DNA of 64,000 bases from Candidatus Binatia bacterium (GCA_035538435.1 DATLKM010000222.1:16319-80318), one strand, 5' to 3'. Counted from the stretch's first letter, positions 10,033 through 20,816 are shown. Numbers and translations: made by a program. The notes: generated by a model from the letters alone, not told the origin.

Positions 10033-10661
10033 CGCGGCCGCAAGCGCCTTTCCACCCAGCCCAGGCCGAAATCGGCGCTCAAAGCCAGAATCGCCGCGGG
10101 CACGGCGCCGGCCAGAATCAACTGATTGTTCACCATGGCCAGTCCGCGAAAAATAAATTCGCCCAGCCCTCCCGCCCCGATCGCCGCAGCGATGGTGGCG
10201 AGTCCAACTGAAACTACAACGGCAATCCGCACGCCCGACAAGATCACGCTGGAGGCCAACGGCAGTTGCACTTGAAAAAGCAACTGACGGTCGGTGAGTC
10301 CGATTCCGCGGCCGGCTTCGACCACCGCCGCATCGACGCCGCGAATTCCCGTAAACGTGTTACGAATCACCGGCAGCAGCGCGTACAGGGTCAAGGCCAG
10401 AATCGCCAGGCGGTCGGCCCGCTCTCCGATCCACGGAACCGGCAGCAAAAATCCAAACAATGCCAGGCTCGGGATCGTCTGAATTACGTTGGCGCTGCCG
10501 AGAACCGGGCGGTTCCACAGGGGCCAGCGCGCGCTGACAATTCCCAGCGGTATACCCACGATAACCGCAAGCACAGTGGAAATTCCCACCAGCCACAAAT
10601 GCTCCAGCGTGAGTTCTACAATTTGATCGCGATTTTGCGCCAGAAAGTGAAAAAAGTTCAT
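10029..10661 (-). CDS. ABC transporter permease (Opu/Pro type)
   Basis: Polytopic BPD_transp_1-like sequence. Start placed at ATG 10661-10659, which forms an ATGA overlap with the ATPase stop; the ORF track extends to 10682. Confidence 0.85.
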   Translation of the reverse strand: MNFFHFLAQNRDQIVELTLEHLWLVGISTVLAVIVGIPLGIVSARWPLWNRPVLGSANVIQTIPSLALFGFLLPVPWIGERADRLAILALTLYALLPVIRNTFTGIRGVDAAVVEAGRGIGLTDRQLLFQVQLPLASSVILSGVRIAVVVSVGLATIAAAIGAGGLGEFIFRGLAMVNNQLILAGAVPAAILALSADFGLGWVERRLRPR

Positions 10662-11440
10662 CCATCGCCCTCTGCCCGGCATGAGTTTCGGCCATCCGAA
10701 AATGCTCTTACATAAGCGGCCGCCAGCGGATCGCTCGAGCGCACAAAATCCGCCGGCGAAAGCACGGTTCTCAGCTGGCCGCCCTCCATCAAGGCGATAC
10801 GCGAGGCCACCCGCATCGCCTCGTGCAAGTCATGGGTCACGAACACAACGGTTTTTTTCAGCCGCTGGTGCAATGCCAGAAATTCACGCTGCAACTGGTC
10901 GCGGGTAAGCGCGTCCAGCGCGCCGAACGGCTCGTCCATGAGCAGGATGGCTGGATCGGCGGCCAATGCCCTTGCCACTCCCACTCGTTGCCGCTGTCCC
11001 CCGGAAAGCTGATGGGGATAACGGGACGCTAGCTCATGATCGAGTCCAACCAACTGCATCAATTCGCGGACCCGCTCCCTGATCCGACCGGCGCTCCAGC
11101 CTTCGATTTTCGGCACGACAGCGATATTTCGCTCGACGGTGTAATGAGGAAACAACCCTGCGTCCTGAATCACATAACCGATGCTTCTTCTCAACTGGAT
11201 CACATCGCTCGCCGCGATGTTTATCCCGTTTACGAAAATCTCGCCCGCGCTTGGCGTCAGCAGCCGGTTGATCAACTTGAGCGAGGTAGTCTTGCCGGAA
11301 CCGCTGCGACCGAGAAGGACCAAAGATTCGCCACGCCGCACCTGGAGGCTCAGTTGCGAAAGTAGAAGCTGATGATTGGGAAGCGTGTACCCGACGTTCC
11401 GGAATTCAATTACGACATCGTTCTCGGGGGCCGCTTCCAT
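10658..11440 (-). CDS. ABC transporter ATP-binding protein
   Basis: Walker A GRSGSGKTT, signature LSGGQRQR and Walker B ILLMDEPFGALD. Start trimmed to MEAAPENDVVIEF (ATG 11440) because the 350-aa track ORF has an Arg-rich, implausible extension that overlaps the divergent gene. Confidence 0.85.
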   Translation of the reverse strand: MEAAPENDVVIEFRNVGYTLPNHQLLLSQLSLQVRRGESLVLLGRSGSGKTTSLKLINRLLTPSAGEIFVNGINIAASDVIQLRRSIGYVIQDAGLFPHYTVERNIAVVPKIEGWSAGRIRERVRELMQLVGLDHELASRYPHQLSGGQRQRVGVARALAADPAILLMDEPFGALDALTRDQLQREFLALHQRLKKTVVFVTHDLHEAMRVASRIALMEGGQLRTVLSPADFVRSSDPLAAAYVRAFSDGRNSCRAEGDG

Positions 11441-11608
11441 ATTCGGAAGTGAATAGCGCAATGCTGCGCCCAGCATACCGGACTTGTGGAAGCAGTACAA
11501 AAATTGCTTTCTGCGCGTGATAGGCGCAGCGGCATCCAGAACGTCAATAGACGACACGCTTCCCTGCCCGTAGGCTTTTGATAAGCCCTGTGAAAACGGG
11601 TCGTAGCT

Positions 11609-12295
11609 ATGCGTGTCTCTGTCCTGCAAACGATCTTCGCGTCGGCCCTGTTTGCCTTCTTCTCCGCCGCGCCGCTCCACGCGGCCGATGCGGGCGCGGC
11701 GCTGCTGCACAGTAACGGCGGTGTGTCTGTAAACGGCAGTGAAGTCGGAACATCGCAGCCGATTTTCGCCGGAGATGTCATCGAAACGCGGCCGGGATTC
11801 GTCGCCAATCTCGACGTCGAAGGCTCCTCGGTGTTAATCCAGTCAGAGTCAGTTGTAAGGTTTCAGGGCAGTTTTCTCGATCTCGAACACGGCAGCGTTT
11901 CCGTGGGAACATCGACGGCCATGCAGGTTCATGTAAAGTGCCTCAAGGTCGAACCCGTTAATAGCGACCGGACGCAATACGACGTAACCGACCGCACCGG
12001 AACGGTCCAGGTTTCTGCGCTGAAGAAAGACGTGAATATTACTCACGGCGGCGCAGCCCGAAAAACGTCGACTGCCTCGGCGGCGACCCAATCCGCCACT
12101 GTCCATGAGGGCGAGCAGGCTTCGCGCGAAGAAGCGAAGGCTTGCGGTGCTGCGGCGCCACCCGAGAGTCCGCAACATCCGCTAAACGCCAAATGGATTG
12201 AAATTGGTGCGGGAGCAGGCGGAGGGGTTCTGGTGCTCTGCCTTATTCTCTGCCGCGGAACCAGTTCCAGCAGCGTCAGCCCCTCACAGCCGTAG
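11609..12295 (+). CDS. secreted protein with C-terminal membrane anchor (function unknown)
   Basis: Signal peptide MRVSVLQTIFASALFAFFSAAPLHA, a beta-rich middle and a C-terminal hydrophobic GAGAGGGVLVLCLILC. Confidence 0.5.
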   Translation: MRVSVLQTIFASALFAFFSAAPLHAADAGAALLHSNGGVSVNGSEVGTSQPIFAGDVIETRPGFVANLDVEGSSVLIQSESVVRFQGSFLDLEHGSVSVGTSTAMQVHVKCLKVEPVNSDRTQYDVTDRTGTVQVSALKKDVNITHGGAARKTSTASAATQSATVHEGEQASREEAKACGAAAPPESPQHPLNAKWIEIGAGAGGGVLVLCLILCRGTSSSSVSPSQP

Positions 12296-12301
12296 GCATG
12301 A

Positions 12302-14029
12302 TCATTTTGCAGAAGACCCGGCAGCCGAAGACTTGACCGGCGAAGGTTCCACCGGTTCATCCACCTGCAAAATCTGGTCGCCACGAACGTCTTTCAAAGT
12401 CTGAAGAATTCCGCTCGGCCATCGGACTTCAACGTTCTCCGCCGAAGCATTTGTTCCCAGCCCGAAGTGGACCCGCTTGTCGCTCGAGGAAAGATAACTT
12501 GAAGCTGTCGTGGCCGTGACCCATTGCGCTCCACTTTTGGTAGTTAATTTCACAACCGCCCCAATGCCATCGCGATTGCTGCGGTGCCCAATGAGTTTCA
12601 GCGTAAGCCAGTGGTTCGAAGTCGAAGTTTCGTTGTGGAGAACGTGCAGCGCACCCCCATTGGTAGCAACGACGGCGTCAATCCTCCCATCGTTATCGAT
12701 ATCGCCAATCGCCATGCCGCGCGCCGCCCATGCTTGCTGAAATGCGCTTCCCGAGGCAGCCGAAACGTCTGCGAATCCGTTTCCCGTATTGCGCAGCAGC
12801 ATCATTGGCTCGCGATAATGAAGTTGTGGGTTGGTTTTCTCCACGTTGTCGAGATCGTGTCCTTGGGCAATCAAAATGTCTTTCCAGCCATCGTTGTCGT
12901 AGTCGAGAAAGCGCGCGCCCCACCCGGAATGCATCAGGCTGATGCGCGACAGCCCCGTGGCATAGGTGGTGTAGTTGAACGTGCCGTCGCGGTTGTTCAG
13001 ATAAAGCGCATACATCTGGTTGGCCAGATTATCGACCAGAATATCGGGCCAGCCATCGTTGTTATAGTCGGCGAAATCCACGCCCATCCCGGCGTAAGTA
13101 CGGCCATCGCCGTCCAGCGCCGCTCCGGCCGCCAGGCCGACTTCCTCGAACGTTCCATCGCCCTTGTTGTGAAAAAGAAATTCCGGCCAGGAATCGTTGG
13201 CCACGAAGATATCGATGTGCCCGTTGCGGTCATAGTCGGCCAGCGCAATGCCCAGTGCCTTTGCCGGCTTGGAGAGTCCGATCTTCTGCGCGACCTCCGT
13301 GAAATGTCCGTTGCCGTCATTGTGGTAGGCAAGCATAGAAATCGGCGCGAACGAATCGGGGTGGCAGAAAACTCGAATCGCCGGCTGCCCGCACCAGACG
13401 TCATCAAAATCCCACGTGATATATCGCGCCACCACAAGATCAAGCAGACCGTCATTATCCAGATCGACCCATGCCGCGCTCGTGGACCAGCCGCTGCCAG
13501 CCACGCCGGCTGAATTGGTCACATCGGTAAAAGTGCCGTTGCCGTTGTTGTGATAGAGGCGGTTGCCGCCATAGCCAGTCACAAACAAATCTTCGAATCC
13601 GTCGTTGTCATAATCGCCCACGGCCACTCCCATGCCGTAACCAACCCCCTGCAGTCCCGCCTTCTCGGTGACATCTTCGAAGCTGCCGTCGGGTTTCTGG
13701 TGATAAAGCCGGTTCCAATATTCCGGCCCGGTCTTCTGTGGAATCGTTCCCTTCGCCGTGGGATCGGCGATGGGCGCGCCGTTGGTGACGAAGATGTCAA
13801 GCCGGCCGTCGTTGTCGAAATCGAACAGCGCCACCCCCGGCGCCATGGTTTCGATCAGATATTTTCTGGAGGTGTGCGGCGCGGCGTGCTGGAAACGAAT
13901 GCCCGCAGCTTCGGCAATATCGGTGAATTGGCCGGGCCGATTCGCGCCCGGCGCCGGTGCCTTATATTGCGCCTGTGCACAGGCCGTGCACACGACAACC
14001 ACCGCCCACCATTTCGCGGCAAACATCAC
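12302..14029 (-). CDS. CRTAC1 / ASPIC-UnbV family protein with FG-GAP (VCBS) repeats
   Basis: Repeated FDFDNDGRLDIFV, DYDNDGFEDLFV, DLDNDGLLDLVV, DYNNDGWPDILV and DYDNDGWKDILI motifs. C-terminal UnbV-like RDGIGAVVKL...VEVRWPSG. Confidence 0.85.
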   Translation of the reverse strand: MMFAAKWWAVVVVCTACAQAQYKAPAPGANRPGQFTDIAEAAGIRFQHAAPHTSRKYLIETMAPGVALFDFDNDGRLDIFVTNGAPIADPTAKGTIPQKTGPEYWNRLYHQKPDGSFEDVTEKAGLQGVGYGMGVAVGDYDNDGFEDLFVTGYGGNRLYHNNGNGTFTDVTNSAGVAGSGWSTSAAWVDLDNDGLLDLVVARYITWDFDDVWCGQPAIRVFCHPDSFAPISMLAYHNDGNGHFTEVAQKIGLSKPAKALGIALADYDRNGHIDIFVANDSWPEFLFHNKGDGTFEEVGLAAGAALDGDGRTYAGMGVDFADYNNDGWPDILVDNLANQMYALYLNNRDGTFNYTTYATGLSRISLMHSGWGARFLDYDNDGWKDILIAQGHDLDNVEKTNPQLHYREPMMLLRNTGNGFADVSAASGSAFQQAWAARGMAIGDIDNDGRIDAVVATNGGALHVLHNETSTSNHWLTLKLIGHRSNRDGIGAVVKLTTKSGAQWVTATTASSYLSSSDKRVHFGLGTNASAENVEVRWPSGILQTLKDVRGDQILQVDEPVEPSPVKSSAAGSSAK

Positions 14030-14092
14030 TCAAACTCTACTACAGCACCTCACAAATTCGCGCGTCCCAACGCGCCAGGTCGGGAGTTCAGA

Positions 14093-15529
14093 TCACGCTG
14101 GAATGTAATGAATTAAAGTTCCGCTGGCAAGGTCCACGGTGGCAAAATCATCCGGAGTCTTGGTGGTCGAACCGTCCGATGCCGGGTGATATTCAATGCG
14201 CAGCTGTTTCGGATCAACGATCACCCGCAGGTAGCCGTAATTCTTGTCGTCATAGCTCTCAAACGTGACCGAGTCTTTCCTCTCAGGCTGGGCGAACATT
14301 TTCATGTCCTGCGGCGTGCGAATGGTTTGCGTCTTCGAAAGACTTTGCAAACCGTGCCCGCCGTTGCCGCACACAATAAACGGTATCTGGCGGTTGTTAA
14401 GCGTGCGGGTGAATCGCTGGTAATTGTGCGCATGTCCCGACAGCACGGCATGCGGCCAAACCCCGACGTCGGCGCAAATACCGTCAATTTCCTTCAGCAT
14501 CACCATGCTTCCCGAATGTTTGCCATATCCATATGGAGGATGGTGCACCGCCAATATCACTGCTCCAGCGAACTTTTCGGACCTAATCCGTGCCAGTGCC
14601 GCTTGCAGATACTCGAGTTGAACGTCGCTTAAGTTGTCGAACTTCGGCATCCCGGATTTCGGATCTTTCGTGGAAGAAATCACTCCAGGATTTTCCAGCA
14701 TGTTGCTGTAGATTCCCAAAATGCGCACATACGGCGCTTCCAGCGTGAAGTAAACGCCCGGCTGGATCATCGTCGTCCGCGAAATGCCCACCGCATCCGC
14801 CGAGTGCGCGAAGCCGGGAGCGCAGAAATTCGCCAGAAATGCGCTCAAGGAATCGCTCGGCGATCCCGTCCCGGCCGGCGGCGGCAGAACAATGCCATCG
14901 TGGTTGCCCGGAATGGCAAAGATCGGCCGCGGATAATTCCGGTAAGCGTCATAGAACTGATCGTAGTAATACTTGTGCTCGCCAAAGCTGTAAACGATAT
15001 CGCCCAGGTTATAAAAAAATTGCGGTACCGCATCCGGCGTTTCGTCCTGGAAATCGGCGAGCATCTTGTCAACGGTTTGGTTCTCCGTCTTGGGCCCGCG
15101 CGTGGCCCCCGTGTCGCCGGCGGTCTGAAAAACGATCTGCCCGTTCTGCTGTATCTTTTCCAAAGTCGCCGGACCGCTGGAACCCAAGGCAGTAGCCAGC
15201 GTAAGCACCGGTTCCACCACGCCGTTCACCGCAGGAAATGGAAGCGGCAAGAACTTGCTGGCTTTAATGAGCGCGTCCATTTCCGCGTAGGCTTGCGAAT
15301 CCGACGCGTGGGGCACCTTGAATTTTGTCGGATCCGGCTCAAAGTTGGGCTCGGCGAATATCGGGCCGTTCGCCGGTTTGCCCGCTGCGGGCTGCTGCGA
15401 AGGCGTGCTGGCTGCGGGCGGCGCCGGCTTCTTTGTGGCTCTTGTAGCGGTGGAGCGAGACGATTTCCTGCGTGCCGTGGGCATAGTGCTTCTCCTCGTG
15501 ATAATTCGGTGAGTAAGCATCTTAGCCAC
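14093..15529 (-). CDS. metallophosphoesterase (calcineurin-like)
   Basis: Motifs GDTG, GDIVY, GNHD, HHPPY and GHAHNYQRF. Basic/Pro-rich N-terminus, so the exact start is uncertain. Confidence 0.8.
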   Translation of the reverse strand: MAKMLTHRIITRRSTMPTARRKSSRSTATRATKKPAPPAASTPSQQPAAGKPANGPIFAEPNFEPDPTKFKVPHASDSQAYAEMDALIKASKFLPLPFPAVNGVVEPVLTLATALGSSGPATLEKIQQNGQIVFQTAGDTGATRGPKTENQTVDKMLADFQDETPDAVPQFFYNLGDIVYSFGEHKYYYDQFYDAYRNYPRPIFAIPGNHDGIVLPPPAGTGSPSDSLSAFLANFCAPGFAHSADAVGISRTTMIQPGVYFTLEAPYVRILGIYSNMLENPGVISSTKDPKSGMPKFDNLSDVQLEYLQAALARIRSEKFAGAVILAVHHPPYGYGKHSGSMVMLKEIDGICADVGVWPHAVLSGHAHNYQRFTRTLNNRQIPFIVCGNGGHGLQSLSKTQTIRTPQDMKMFAQPERKDSVTFESYDDKNYGYLRVIVDPKQLRIEYHPASDGSTTKTPDDFATVDLASGTLIHYIPA

Positions 15530-16467
15530 TTCTTTGTGAAAGCATGGTTAAAAGGTGATGTAGTTCGCCGGCGCAGAAACAAATCCTCAGCCATCCATGG
15601 ATCTATCAAGCGGCAATACCGCTTCCGATCGCGCCCGAGTTCGGCGAAGTTCGTGACGCTGTACAAGCCACGGCGGTCGTGAGAAGAAAAAAAGTACGGG
15701 CAATGCGTGCTTTCGCGGCAAACTCCACCGGCTTCATCGGCTTGGGTGTGATGAAGAAAGTTCCTGGAAGTCGGCTGTCGGCGTCACAAGAGCCAAGGAT
15801 ATTGCGACCCTTTAACGGTATGAATCATCAACTCCTGTCAGACGTTAACCTCCGCTGTGGTCTGGGTGAACACCGCATGAGCACCGACACTGTTTTTGGA
15901 GAAAACATCAACGAACGTCCTGACGCTGTGATGCGAATCAGTGAACCGCTTCGCACCCCCCGCACTCCTGGCCTGTTGGCGAAGAGCTTTGCGAGCGACG
16001 TCGACCAATTCGTGGACTTCGGCCATCGGCCGCGAACAGCCGCATTCCGTGTTCGCGGCGACATGCACCGTGGCACGGTGGCGTTTCGATCCTTCAGGCT
16101 TCGTCGCAGACAACGAAGTTCTACGTCCTGTATTTCCCCGGTGGCGAGGGTTTCCTCCGGGAAGATGAATTCATCACAGTCGGCAGTAAGGCCAAAGAAA
16201 ATGATTGCTCGAGCCATTCATAACTACGGTCGCCGCCAGGACCGAACCTTTGTGAACATGAACAACGCGGTTCCCTGTCTGGCATGTCATTTGCGCCTGC
16301 CGCAATGCACCGTTTCATATTGACCAAGACAGTCACGCGACTGATGCGCCTGAATCGACAACGGAGCCTGACGCCATAGTTTTTTCCCAAACGGGGCAAC
16401 ATCAGGGTCCAGGCGCGGCAGTGACGCGATTGACGGGAAAGTTCAGTAACTCGAGGGTGAAAAACTT

Positions 16468-17610
16468 ATGAGGCAAATTTCTACAGCATTATTTGGCGCG
16501 GCCCTTCTGCTGAGCACGCTTGGCTGCAACAGCAAGGTGCGGGCGGCGGCTCCGCCGCCGCTCCCGGTGGTCGAAGTAGCTCCAGCCATTCAGAGAGATA
16601 TCCCGGTTCAGGGCGAATGGGTGGGAACACTCCAGGGCTACGTCAATGCGCAGATTTCGCCCCAGGTCAGCGGTTATCTGATTCGCCAGAATTATCGCGA
16701 AGGCAGCGTGGTCAAAAAGAACCAGGTGCTCTTTGAGATCGATCCGCGCCCATTCCAGGCCGTGCTGGATCAGGCGAAGGGGCAACTGGCACAAGCCGAA
16801 GCGCAGAAGGCGAATGCAGATCTGAACGTAAAGCGCGATATTCCCGAAGCCGAAGCTCACGCCATTCCTCAAAGCCAGTTGGAAACCGATACGCAAGCGC
16901 TGCTGGCGGCGAAGGCCACCGTCGAAGCTGATCGGGCTGCGGTCGAGCAAGCCAGCATCAATCTCGGATACACCAAGGTTCTGTCCCTGGTGGATGGCAT
17001 CGCCGGTATCAACACAGTGCAGGTCGGCAATCTCGTTGGCCCATCGACGGTGCTTACCGCGGTTTCTCAGGTAAGCCCGATCAAGGTTTATTTCCCCATC
17101 AGTGAACAGGAATACCTGAGAATGGCCGATGGCGGCGGGTCTGAGAGCGTCGATTTTATGTCCCGCGCCTCCCGGCTTCCGTTGCACTTGACCTTGGCCG
17201 ATGGAAGCACATACCCGCATGCCGGCAGAATCATCTTCGCCGACCGCCAGGTGGATACGCAGACTGGCACCATCCAGATCGTGGGGGAGTTTCCCAATTC
17301 CAAAAATCTGCTGCGGCCCGGCCAGTACGCGCGCATTCAGGCCCCCGTTGGAAAGATTGAGAAGGCGTTGCTGGTGCCGCAGGCGGCGGTGAACCAGCAA
17401 CAAGGCACCTACCAGGTGACCGTCATCGGCTCCGATAACCGCGCGCAGCTCCGCACCGTAAAGGTCGGGCCGACCGTTGGCCCGCTCTGGGCCATCACTT
17501 CGGGCGTAAATCCCGGAGAGCTTGTTGCGATTGTTGGCGGAGACAAAGTGAAGGACGGCCAGGCAGTAAATCCCGCTCCCTATAAAGGAAAGGAAACGGA
17601 GGTCCGCTAA
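16468..17610 (+). CDS. RND efflux periplasmic adaptor (membrane fusion protein)
   Basis: Lipobox LSTLGC. Biotinyl-lipoyl/hairpin motifs (VKKNQVLFEIDPRPFQA, LGYTKVLSLVDGIAG). First gene of the adaptor-pump-OMF operon. Confidence 0.9.
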   Translation: MRQISTALFGAALLLSTLGCNSKVRAAAPPPLPVVEVAPAIQRDIPVQGEWVGTLQGYVNAQISPQVSGYLIRQNYREGSVVKKNQVLFEIDPRPFQAVLDQAKGQLAQAEAQKANADLNVKRDIPEAEAHAIPQSQLETDTQALLAAKATVEADRAAVEQASINLGYTKVLSLVDGIAGINTVQVGNLVGPSTVLTAVSQVSPIKVYFPISEQEYLRMADGGGSESVDFMSRASRLPLHLTLADGSTYPHAGRIIFADRQVDTQTGTIQIVGEFPNSKNLLRPGQYARIQAPVGKIEKALLVPQAAVNQQQGTYQVTVIGSDNRAQLRTVKVGPTVGPLWAITSGVNPGELVAIVGGDKVKDGQAVNPAPYKGKETEVR

Positions 17611-17613
17611 GTT

Positions 17614-20600
17614 ATGGCGCAATTCTTTATTCGACGGCCTATCGTCGCGATTGTGATCGCACTCCTTACCGTCATAGTCGGAGCGATCTCAATCGCAACT
17701 TTGCCGATAGCCCAGTTCCCGCAAATTGCTCCGCCTGAAATCCGGTTGCAAGCCAACTACCCGGGCGCGGACGCGCTGACTTTGGAACAAGCCGTTGCCA
17801 CGCCGATCGAACAGCAAGTCAACGGCGTGGACAACATGTCCTACATGTACTCGCTGAATGTCACTGCCAACCAGCAGACGACTCTGTTCGCAGATTTCGA
17901 TGTCAAAACCGATCCCAACATGGATCTGTTGCTCACCCAGTCGCGCCAGCAGTTGGCCAACGGCCAGTTGCCGCCGGTAGTGAACAATTACGGAATCAAC
18001 CTGAAGAAATCGACCACCGCTCCGCTGATGCTGATCGCCCTCTATTCGCCGCATGGGTCCCGGGATGCCACCTATCTGGCCAACTACGCCTACATCAACC
18101 TCAACGATCCGATCGCCCGCTTGTATGGCGTCGGCCAGACTCAGGTCTTTGGCGCGGGACAGTATGCCATACGGTTATGGGTGAAGCCGGACCAGATGGC
18201 CAAACTCGGCATTACCGTAACCGACATCTATAACGCACTTCAGGCCCAGAACACGGTGAATCCGGCCGGCCAGGTCGGCGGCGAACCGGCTCAGAGCGAC
18301 CAGAAGTTCACCTATGCCGTGCTGGCCCAGGGACGGCTGAAGACGCCCGATCAATTCGGCGACGTTATTGTGCGCGAAGCGCCCAATGGTGGAACCGTTC
18401 GCGTCAAAGACGTCGCCCGGGTCGAGTTGGGCACGCAGGATTACAGCCTGAGCGGGCGCCTGAACGGCCAGCCCAGCGCCGTCATCGCGGTTTATCAGTT
18501 GCCCGGAACCAACGCGGTTGAAACCGTTGCGGGCATCCGGAAGCTCTTGGCGCAGATGAAGCAACGCTTCCCGCAGGATATCGATTATGCGGTTTCCCTC
18601 GATCAGACGGCCCCGGTTACGGCGGGCATGAAAGAGATCTTCTGGACTCTCGTAATTGCCATCATCCTGGTAATTTTTGTCGTTTATCTTTTTCTCCAGG
18701 ACTGGCGGGCCACTCTGATCCCAATGCTCGCCGTGCCCGTCTCTCTGATCGGCACCTTCGTCGTGTTCCCCTTGTTCGGCTTTTCCATCAACACGCTGTC
18801 GATGTTCGGGTTGGTGCTCGCGATTGGGCTCGTGGTAGATGACGCCATCGTGGTCGTCGAAGGTGTGCAACACCACATTGAAGAAGGCATGGCCCCCAAG
18901 GCAGCGGCCCAGAAAGCCATGGACGAGCTTTCCGGCCCGGTTGTCGGTATCGCCCTTGTCCTGGCATCGGTGTTTGTCCCTACAGCTTTCATTCCCGGCA
19001 TCACCGGCAGGCTGTATCAGCAATTTGCCGTCACCATCGCGATTTCCGTGATCCTTTCCGCGTTCAACGCTCTTAGCCTTAGTCCGGCTCTGGCCTCGCT
19101 TCTGCTTAAGCCAAAGAAACAGACCCGTGGCCCGCTGGGAAAATTCTTCGGCTGGTTCAACAAGTATTGGGACCGCTCGACTGACAGTTTCGTTCGCTGG
19201 TCGGGAGACCTGATTCGCAAGGCTGCCGTCGTAATGGTGCTGCTGGTCGCTGCCGGAGTTGCGGCATGGTTCTTCAGCAGGCATCTGCCGTCAAGCTTCA
19301 TGCCGGATGAAGATCAGGGCTACCTCTACATCAACATGCAGCTGCCCAATGCGGCCTCCATGGAGCGCACCGGCGAAGCCGCCAGACAGGTAGAAACCAT
19401 GCTGGCCAAGACTCCGGGTGTCGAGTACACGACCAGCGTCATTGGTTTCAGTTTGCTCAGCTTCACCCGGACCTCGTATAACGCCTTCTTCTTTGTGACT
19501 CTCAAACCCTGGGATACCCGCAAGACCCAGGCCCAGCAATATCAGGCCATCAAGGCGCACTTGAATCAGGAGCTTCACGGCCTGCCGGAAGGGACGGTCT
19601 TCAGTTTCTCGCCACCGGCGATTCCCGGCGTGGGCACCGCCGGAGGCGTCACATTTGTTCTGGAGGACCGCGCTGGAAAGGATGTCCAGTTTCTCGCCGA
19701 CAACCTGAACAAATTCCTGGCAGCCGCTCGCAAGCGCCCGGAACTCGCCTCAGTCTTCACCACGTTTATCCCGAGCGTGCCGAAGCAATTCATCAATGTC
19801 GATAAGGACATAGTGTTGAAGCAAGGCGTGAGTCTGGCGGACGTCTACAACACCATTCAGGCATACATGGGCGGGTTGTTCGTCAATTATTACAACGACT
19901 TCGGCCGTACTTGGCAGGTATACGTAGAGGCAGAAGCCCCCTATCGCTCGACGACCAACGATCTGGGACAGTTCTATGTGCGCAACAGCCAGGGGCAAAA
20001 CGTGCCTCTGACCGCGCTGGCAAGCTTTGAGACTCGTCACGGGCCCGAGTTCACGATGCGCTACAACGAGTACCGTTCCGCGCAGATCAATGCCAGCGCC
20101 GCACCCGGTTATAGCTCCGATCAGGCAACGGCTGCGCTGGAAGATGTTTTCAAGCAGACCATGCCCGCCGAAATGGGCTTCGACTACATCGGCATGTCTT
20201 ACCAGGAACAAAAAGCGCGCCAGGGAGTTCCTTCTTCGGTCATCTTCGGATTCTCGCTCTTGTTCGTCTTTCTTATCCTGGCGGCTCTTTATGAAAGCTG
20301 GACGGTACCTTTCAGCGTGCTGCTCAGCACGCCCGTCGCGGTCTTTGGCGCTCTCGCCACACTCTGGCTGCGTCGAGAGGTGCTGGGCTGGTTTTCGCCC
20401 GCGTACATGGTCTAAATCGAAAACGATGTCTACGCGCAGATTGGGCTCGTGATGCTCATCGGCCTGGCGGCGAAAAATTCGATTCTGATCGTTGCCTTCG
20501 CCAAGGAGGATTTCGAGAAAGGCATGTCTCTTGTTGACGCGGCACTTTCCGCGGCAAGGCTTCGCTTCCGGCCGCTCATGATGACCGCCCTCGCCTTCAT

Positions 20601-20814
20601 TCTAGGCTGCGTGCCGCTCTGGACCGCTTCCGGAGCAGGCTCGGTGGCACGCCAGATTATGGGGACAGCGGTGATTGGGGGGATGCTCGCCGAAACCTTC
20701 ATCGGCAGATTCTTTGTTCCCGCAATCTTCTATGTGGTCGAGAAGCTATCAGGCGCTGAAAGGCCGGGGCCACTACCCCTCGCCCCCGCTCCCGCGCCGA
20801 GTCATGGAGATTGA
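17614..20814 (+). pseudogene. RND (HAE1, AcrB/MexB-like) inner-membrane pump interrupted by an in-frame TAA at 20413-20415
   Basis: Track ORFs 17614-20415 and 20449-20814 are in the same frame. Reading through gives ...[48 protein letters not shown]..., which is the conserved region of RND pumps. Confidence 0.8.
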
Positions 20815-20816
20815 TT

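Noticed and set aside
11441-11710. N-terminal extension of the ABC ATPase ORF. Analogous extensions occur at 25678-25965, 35670-35801, 38910-39020, 39526-39669, 29719-29841 and 56024-56098.
   Set aside because: The extensions are Arg-rich or overlap neighbouring genes. Internal Met codons give canonical N-termini, signal peptides or ATGA coupling.
15679-16323. 214-aa plus-strand ORF and overlapping minus-strand ORFs in the gap upstream of the RND operon.
   Set aside because: None has coherent composition or motifs, and they mutually overlap in different frames. The gap is reported only as an unexplained or possibly decayed region.
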